In this document: piece after piece, positions 58,165-62,415 of the stretch
Layout of the letters: each line of letters opens with the position of its first letter
Position numbering within the stretch: the first letter of the stretch is position 1
Notes under the pieces: model-generated
Seen by the model: the letters and a program-made list of their open reading frames with translations, nothing else
Databases searched by the model: none
Told to the model about the DNA's origin: nothing
Made by a program: the position numbers and the translations under genes
Source of the DNA: Planctomycetota bacterium
Lineage (GTDB): Bacteria > Planctomycetota > Planctomycetia > Pirellulales > UBA1268
Direction of reading: 5' to 3'
Length of the DNA stretch: 62,415 bases
NCBI GenBank assembly: GCA_003671185.1
Contig: QWPN01000106.1
Coordinates: 1 to 62,415 of the forward strand

Positions 58165-58791
58165 TCAGGCGAGTTCGGGGAGTCGCGACGACAGTGCGGC
58201 GCGAATGCGACCGGCGACCTCGTCAACGCCCGCGGCCGCATCGACGATCTGGATCCGCGCCGGGTCGGCGGCCGCCTCCGCCTGGTAGCCCGCGCGGAGC
58301 CGGGCCCGGTAGCCGTCGCCGCGGTTCTCCAGTTTGTCGAGGGGCCGGGCCAGCCGCCGCGCGGCCGTCTCCAGGTCGACGTCGAGGACGAGCACGAGGT
58401 CGGGGGCGAGCCCGCCGGTGGCCACGGCGCCGACGCTGCGGATCACGTCGGGGTCGAGGCCACCCGCGTGCCCCTGGTAGACGATGTTGGCCAGCAGGTA
58501 GCGGTCAGACACCACCCACTCGCCACGGGCCAAGGCCGGCCGGATCACCTCGGCCACGAGCTGCGCGCGGGCCGCCATGTAGAGGAGCATCTCGGCGCGG
58601 GCGTCGAGTTGCAGGTCGTGGCGATCGAGGAGGATGGCGCGGATCGCGTCGCCCGTGGCCGTGGAGCCCGGGTCGCGACAGGTCGTGACCACGAGTCCCC
58701 GGCCGCGCAGCCAGTCGACGAGCGGCCCGATCTGCGCCGACTTGCCGGCGCCGTCGATGCCGTCGAGCGAAATGAACCGCGCTGCGAGCAT
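58165..58791 (-). CDS. tmk: dTMP kinase
   Basis: The start is the ATG at 58791, giving MLAARFISLDGIDGAGKS (P-loop). It also has the DRY motif (SDRYLLANIVYQG) and a LID region. Confidence 0.9.
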   Translation of the reverse strand: MLAARFISLDGIDGAGKSAQIGPLVDWLRGRGLVVTTCRDPGSTATGDAIRAILLDRHDLQLDARAEMLLYMAARAQLVAEVIRPALARGEWVVSDRYLLANIVYQGHAGGLDPDVIRSVGAVATGGLAPDLVLVLDVDLETAARRLARPLDKLENRGDGYRARLRAGYQAEAAADPARIQIVDAAAGVDEVAGRIRAALSSRLPELA

Positions 58792-58814
58792 GCCCGGCGT
58801 CCTCCCCATGCGCC

Positions 58815-59735
58815 TCAGAAACCGCGTGCCCCGAGCCAGCGGCCGCATTCCACCGTCCAGGGGTGGAGGGTCCTCGTCGGTTCGTAGGGCCGCACGCCCA
58901 GGCCCAGCCCGTGGGGCCCGCTCTCGTAGACGTGCAGGTCGTAGGGGCGGCCCGCCGCCTTGAGCCGCAGGGCCAGTTCGAGCACCGGCTCCACCTTCAC
59001 GGCGGCGTCGTCAGCCGTGTGCCAGATGAAGAGCGGCGGCGTGCGGGCGTGGTCGGCGAGTTCGCCGGAGAGCTCGCGGGCCAGCGCCTCGTCGGGGGCG
59101 TCGCCGAGCAGATTCTTCCGCGAACCACCGTGGGTCTTGTCGGGCATCATGCTCACCACGGGATAGCAGAGGATGCCGAGGGCGGGCCGCGCGGGCTGCC
59201 GGTCGATGGCATCGGCGGCCTGCGGGTCGCCATCGTCGCCTTTCATGCAGGCCGTCAGCGCCAGGTGGCCGCCGGCCGAACTGCCCATCACGCCCACGCG
59301 CTTGGGATCGACCTTGAACCGCTCGTGGTCATGCCGCACCAGCCGCAGCGCCCGCGACACGTCACCGAGCATGACGGGATGTCGGTAGCCCTTGCTGCCC
59401 AGCCGATAGCGGAGCACGAAGGCGGAGATGCCGCGGGTGTTGAGCCATTTGGCGTAGTCGCTGCCCTCGTGATCGGCGAGGCCGCCGTAGCCGCCGCCGG
59501 GGCAGACGACGATCGCGGCCGTGGGGGATGTTGCCTGTGGCGCCGGCCACCAGGCGACGACGGGCACGTCGTGATCGGCCTTGCCCTTCGCACCGGGCGC
59601 GTCGTCCTGCCAGAGGCGGATCGTCTCCGCCGGCGCGGTGGCCATCATCGGCGCCTCGGCGGCGACAGCCGAGGCTGCAGGGAGGCTGACGGTGGCGCCG
59701 AGGCACAGCGATAAAACGACGGACGGGCGCAGCAT
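58815..59735 (-). CDS. secreted alpha/beta hydrolase (esterase/lipase, HGG-type)
   Basis: Has a signal peptide, the oxyanion motif CPGGGYGG, the nucleophile elbow GSSAGGH and a distal HTADD / GPHG. Confidence 0.75.
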   Translation of the reverse strand: MLRPSVVLSLCLGATVSLPAASAVAAEAPMMATAPAETIRLWQDDAPGAKGKADHDVPVVAWWPAPQATSPTAAIVVCPGGGYGGLADHEGSDYAKWLNTRGISAFVLRYRLGSKGYRHPVMLGDVSRALRLVRHDHERFKVDPKRVGVMGSSAGGHLALTACMKGDDGDPQAADAIDRQPARPALGILCYPVVSMMPDKTHGGSRKNLLGDAPDEALARELSGELADHARTPPLFIWHTADDAAVKVEPVLELALRLKAAGRPYDLHVYESGPHGLGLGVRPYEPTRTLHPWTVECGRWLGARGF

Positions 59736-59798
59736 GAGAAGGCTCCGCAGGGAGAGTCGAGCGGCCGACCATCATACGGCAGGCCCGCTGATCGCCGC

Positions 59799-60323
59799 TC
59801 AGCGGCGCAGCAGCCGCTGGATGCCCAGCGGATCGGCCGGGTCGAGCGGGGCGATGCGCCGGCACGCATCCTGCGCCATCGTGCCGCGGCCGGTCTCCAG
59901 AAGACAGTGGACGAGCCCCTTGGCCGCCTCGAAAAACGGCTTGTTGCCGTCGAGGGCATGGGGCAGAGGCTGGGGATTGCCGGCGGCGTCGAGGGTCCGC
60001 AGCACCAGTTCGTAGGCCCGCCCGAAGTGGCCCCGCGCCAGCTTTGGGTCGTCTTCCTCCAGTGCGATCATTCCCAGCCGCACGTGGGCCTCGAGGAAGT
60101 CGGGGCACTCGGAGAGCAGCCACACCAACTCGTCGCGGGCGATCTCCGTCTCGCCGGCCGCGATCATCTCGTCCACCTCCTCGAGGTCCTCGCGCCGGCG
60201 GCGGCTGCAGCGCGGGTGGACCAGTTCCCAGGCCGACCCCTCGCGGCGTTCAAGTCGCAGCTTTTCGGCGCCGCCGGACCGTGGCCTGCGGCCGCGCGGG
60301 GCACCCTGGTCGTGGTCGCTCAT
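59799..60323 (-). CDS. hypothetical protein (174 aa), helical/TPR-like
   Basis: The start is the ATG at 60323 inside the listed ORF. It has coding-like composition, a basic N-terminus and a helical C-terminus. No family was recognised. Confidence 0.45.
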   Translation of the reverse strand: MSDHDQGAPRGRRPRSGGAEKLRLERREGSAWELVHPRCSRRRREDLEEVDEMIAAGETEIARDELVWLLSECPDFLEAHVRLGMIALEEDDPKLARGHFGRAYELVLRTLDAAGNPQPLPHALDGNKPFFEAAKGLVHCLLETGRGTMAQDACRRIAPLDPADPLGIQRLLRR

Positions 60324-60441
60324 GGGAGGCGTCGGCGGCTGGTGACGGATGATGGCAGGACGGGGGCGGTCACGCGCGACCTCCAGCGGACTACACTGCC
60401 TCCGTTGGAACGCAGCAAAAACACGTTTGCAAGGGGTGCCG

Positions 60442-61506
60442 GTGAGGGTCGCAGGGAAGTTGGCTGTGGCCGGGCGCAGCGCGGCACCGCAGCGTCCCGG
60501 CGGCATCGACGCCGCTGCGGTCCGGCGCCGGCTGCTGGCCTGGTACACGCGTGCCAGGCGCGACCTGCCCTGGCGCGGCAGCCGCGACCCATACCTGGTG
60601 TGGGTTAGCGAGGTGATGCTGCAGCAGACGCAGGTGGAACGCGTGCGTGAGTTCTTCCTGCGCTTCACGCGCCGCTTTCCCACCGTGGCGGCGCTGGCCG
60701 CGGCCCGCGAGGACGAGGTGCTGCGGCTCTGGGAAGGCCTGGGCTACTACCGCCGCGCCCGCCAGTTGCACGCGGCCGCCCGCCTGGTCGTGGCGGACCA
60801 CGGCGGCGAGTTTCCACGCACGCTCGAGGGGCTGCGTGGCCTGCCCGGCGTGGGCCGCTACACGGCCGGTGCCATCGCGTCGATCGCCCTGGACGTGCCG
60901 GCGCCCATCGTGGAGGCCAACTCGCGCCGCGTGATCGCCCGGCTCGCGGGGCATGACCGGCCGGTGGGCGGCGCGGGCGACGAGCCGATCTGGGAGATCG
61001 CCGCGGCGCTCGTGTCGAGGACGGCACCCGGAAGCTTCAACCAGGCGCTCATGGACCTGGGCGCCTTGGTCTGCACGCCCGACCGGCCGCTCTGCGGTCG
61101 CTGCCCGCTACAGGCCCTGTGCGCGGCGCAGTGCAGCGGTCGCGTGGCCGTCATCCCGGTCATGGTGGCAGCCCGTCCCGCGCGAAAGATCCGTGAGCGG
61201 GCGCTCGTGACCCGCCATGGCGACCGCGTGCTCGTGGAGCGGCGCGGGCCGGGAGCGTGGTGGGAAGGGCTGTGGGATTTTCCGCGGGTTGCGCCGGCTG
61301 AAGCGAAGACTGCCGAGGCGCGGCGGCTGGGGGTCGTGACCTACACCGTCACGCATCACAAGGTGACGTGCGGGGTGCTCGAGCGCCGGGTGCGTCGCGT
61401 CACGAAGCCCGGGCCTGGGCAGCGCTGGGTGGCGATCGGCCGGCTCGGCAGCCTGGCCATGACGGCGCCTGGCCGGCGGATCGCGGCGCTCCTGGCTAGG
61501 GACTGA
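60442..61506 (+). CDS. mutY: A/G-specific adenine DNA glycosylase
   Basis: Has the HhH-GPD motifs WYTRARRDLPWR, PYLVWVSEVMLQQTQV, GLGYYRRAR and LPGVGRYTAGAI. The 4Fe-4S loop is CTPDRPLCGRCPLQALC and a C-terminal NUDIX-like domain follows. The start is uncertain (GTG at 60442 or 60436). Confidence 0.85.
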   Translation: MRVAGKLAVAGRSAAPQRPGGIDAAAVRRRLLAWYTRARRDLPWRGSRDPYLVWVSEVMLQQTQVERVREFFLRFTRRFPTVAALAAAREDEVLRLWEGLGYYRRARQLHAAARLVVADHGGEFPRTLEGLRGLPGVGRYTAGAIASIALDVPAPIVEANSRRVIARLAGHDRPVGGAGDEPIWEIAAALVSRTAPGSFNQALMDLGALVCTPDRPLCGRCPLQALCAAQCSGRVAVIPVMVAARPARKIRERALVTRHGDRVLVERRGPGAWWEGLWDFPRVAPAEAKTAEARRLGVVTYTVTHHKVTCGVLERRVRRVTKPGPGQRWVAIGRLGSLAMTAPGRRIAALLARD

Positions 61507-61646
61507 CACGAGTGCCAGAGCATGCGGGTTTTCGGGCGAATTTGAACCGTCCGGGGCCGCATGGGAACCTTTTGCCGGGGTCGCACGTCCAATTCGGCGG
61601 GCCATCCAGTCACACGTAGCAGAGCCCGTTCCGCAGGAGAGCCATC

Positions 61647-62415
61647 ATGCCGTCCGCCGTTCACCGCCCTGTCGTCATCGCGATCGCCGCCATCGTCTGC
61701 CTCCTGCCGTGCGGCGCTTGGGCCGCCGAGCCGGCGTTGCCGCTCGAGAAGGTCGTGCTCTTCACCTCCGGCGTCGGCTTCTTTCAGCACACCGGCAAGG
61801 TCGACGGCGACGCCCGCGTGGAGATGAGCTTCAAGAGCGACCACATCAACGACCTGCTCAAGAGCATGGTGCTCGAGGATCTCGGCGGCGGCACCGTGTC
61901 GGCCGTCAGCTACGCCTCCCGCGATCCGATCACGAAGACCCTGGAGACGTTCGCCGTCAACCTCACCGACAACCCGTCGATGGGCACGATCCTGGGACGG
62001 CTGCGCGGCGAGCGGATCGAGGTCGAGGCGGCGGCGCCCGCCTCCGGCACGATCGTGGGCGTGGAGAAGCGAACCGTGCCCGCCGGCGAGAACAAGACGG
62101 TTGAGAAGGAGTTCGTCACGATCCTCACCAAGGACGGCCTGCGCACGCTGCCGCTCGACACCGTGACCCGCATCAAGCTGCTCGACGAGCGGCTGCAGGG
62201 CGAGCTCGAGAAGGCACTGGCCGTGCTGGCACTCGGCCACGACACGGAACGGAAGTCGGTGACGCTCGACTTCGCCGGCAAGGGCGCCCGCAATGTGCGG
62301 GTCGGCTACGTGCAGGAATCGCCGGTCTGGAAGACGAGCTACCGGGTCGTCCTCGGCGACGGCAAGGAGAAGGAAAAGGCCCTCTTGCAGGGCTGGGCGA
62401 TCGTGGAGAACACGA
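61647..62415 (+). CDS. secreted DUF4139/DUF4140-like protein, 3'-truncated by the window edge
   Basis: It is absent from the ORF track because no stop is reached. The ATG at 61647 lies 7 nt after AGGAG and the frame stays open to 62415. It has a signal peptide (AIAAIVCLLPCGAWA). LFTSGVGFFQHTG...SPVWKTSYRVVL...LQGWAIVENT resembles the family pattern. Confidence 0.6.
   Translation, partial: MPSAVHRPVVIAIAAIVCLLPCGAWAAEPALPLEKVVLFTSGVGFFQHTGKVDGDARVEMSFKSDHINDLLKSMVLEDLGGGTVSAVSYASRDPITKTLETFAVNLTDNPSMGTILGRLRGERIEVEAAAPASGTIVGVEKRTVPAGENKTVEKEFVTILTKDGLRTLPLDTVTRIKLLDERLQGELEKALAVLALGHDTERKSVTLDFAGKGARNVRVGYVQESPVWKTSYRVVLGDGKEKEKALLQGWAIVENT

Overview
This is a 62.4-kb, very GC-rich chromosomal segment (roughly two-thirds G+C by eye), densely coding on both strands. 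I infer a Planctomycetota (PVC) genome from the gene content. That content includes three secreted DUF1080 paralogues, a split PVC-type dehydrogenase / CxxCH cytochrome pair and a Tat-signal Gfo/Idh/MocA oxidoreductase. It also includes HEAT-repeat and SEC-C-motif proteins, the H4MPT-pathway formyltransferase fhcD, and FG-GAP and DUF11 surface proteins. The housekeeping backbone is clear: pfkA (5' partial), acs, a U32-family gene, cysK, infC-rpmI-rplT-pheS-pheT, ribD, glnB, fumC, tmk-holB and mutY. I recognised no rRNA, tRNA, CRISPR array, transposase, integrase or phage gene. Most long ORFs antisense to these genes are high-GC artefacts. All family names come from motif recognition by eye, not from searches. 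Gene starts are often uncertain because GTG/TTG starts and weak Shine-Dalgarno signals are common here. The candidates most worth follow-up are listed below.
- A sigma-70-type factor with an extra triple-HTH N-terminus appears translationally coupled to an exported FG-GAP / S1 protease / unknown-protein cassette (16.5-23.3 kb).
- A 954-aa ABC exporter is fused to an N-terminal PH-like plus zinc-ribbon module and a C-terminal DUF1854-like domain.
- A cluster of Tat/Sec-exported redox proteins may form a periplasmic oxidative glycoside pathway (41-50.7 kb).
- A sigma-54 activator has a degenerate receiver domain, and a sigma-54-type promoter lies upstream of an orphan glnB.
- A repeat-rich non-coding islet with a decayed gene lies between glnB and fumC.
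- infC can only start at a non-canonical AUC codon.
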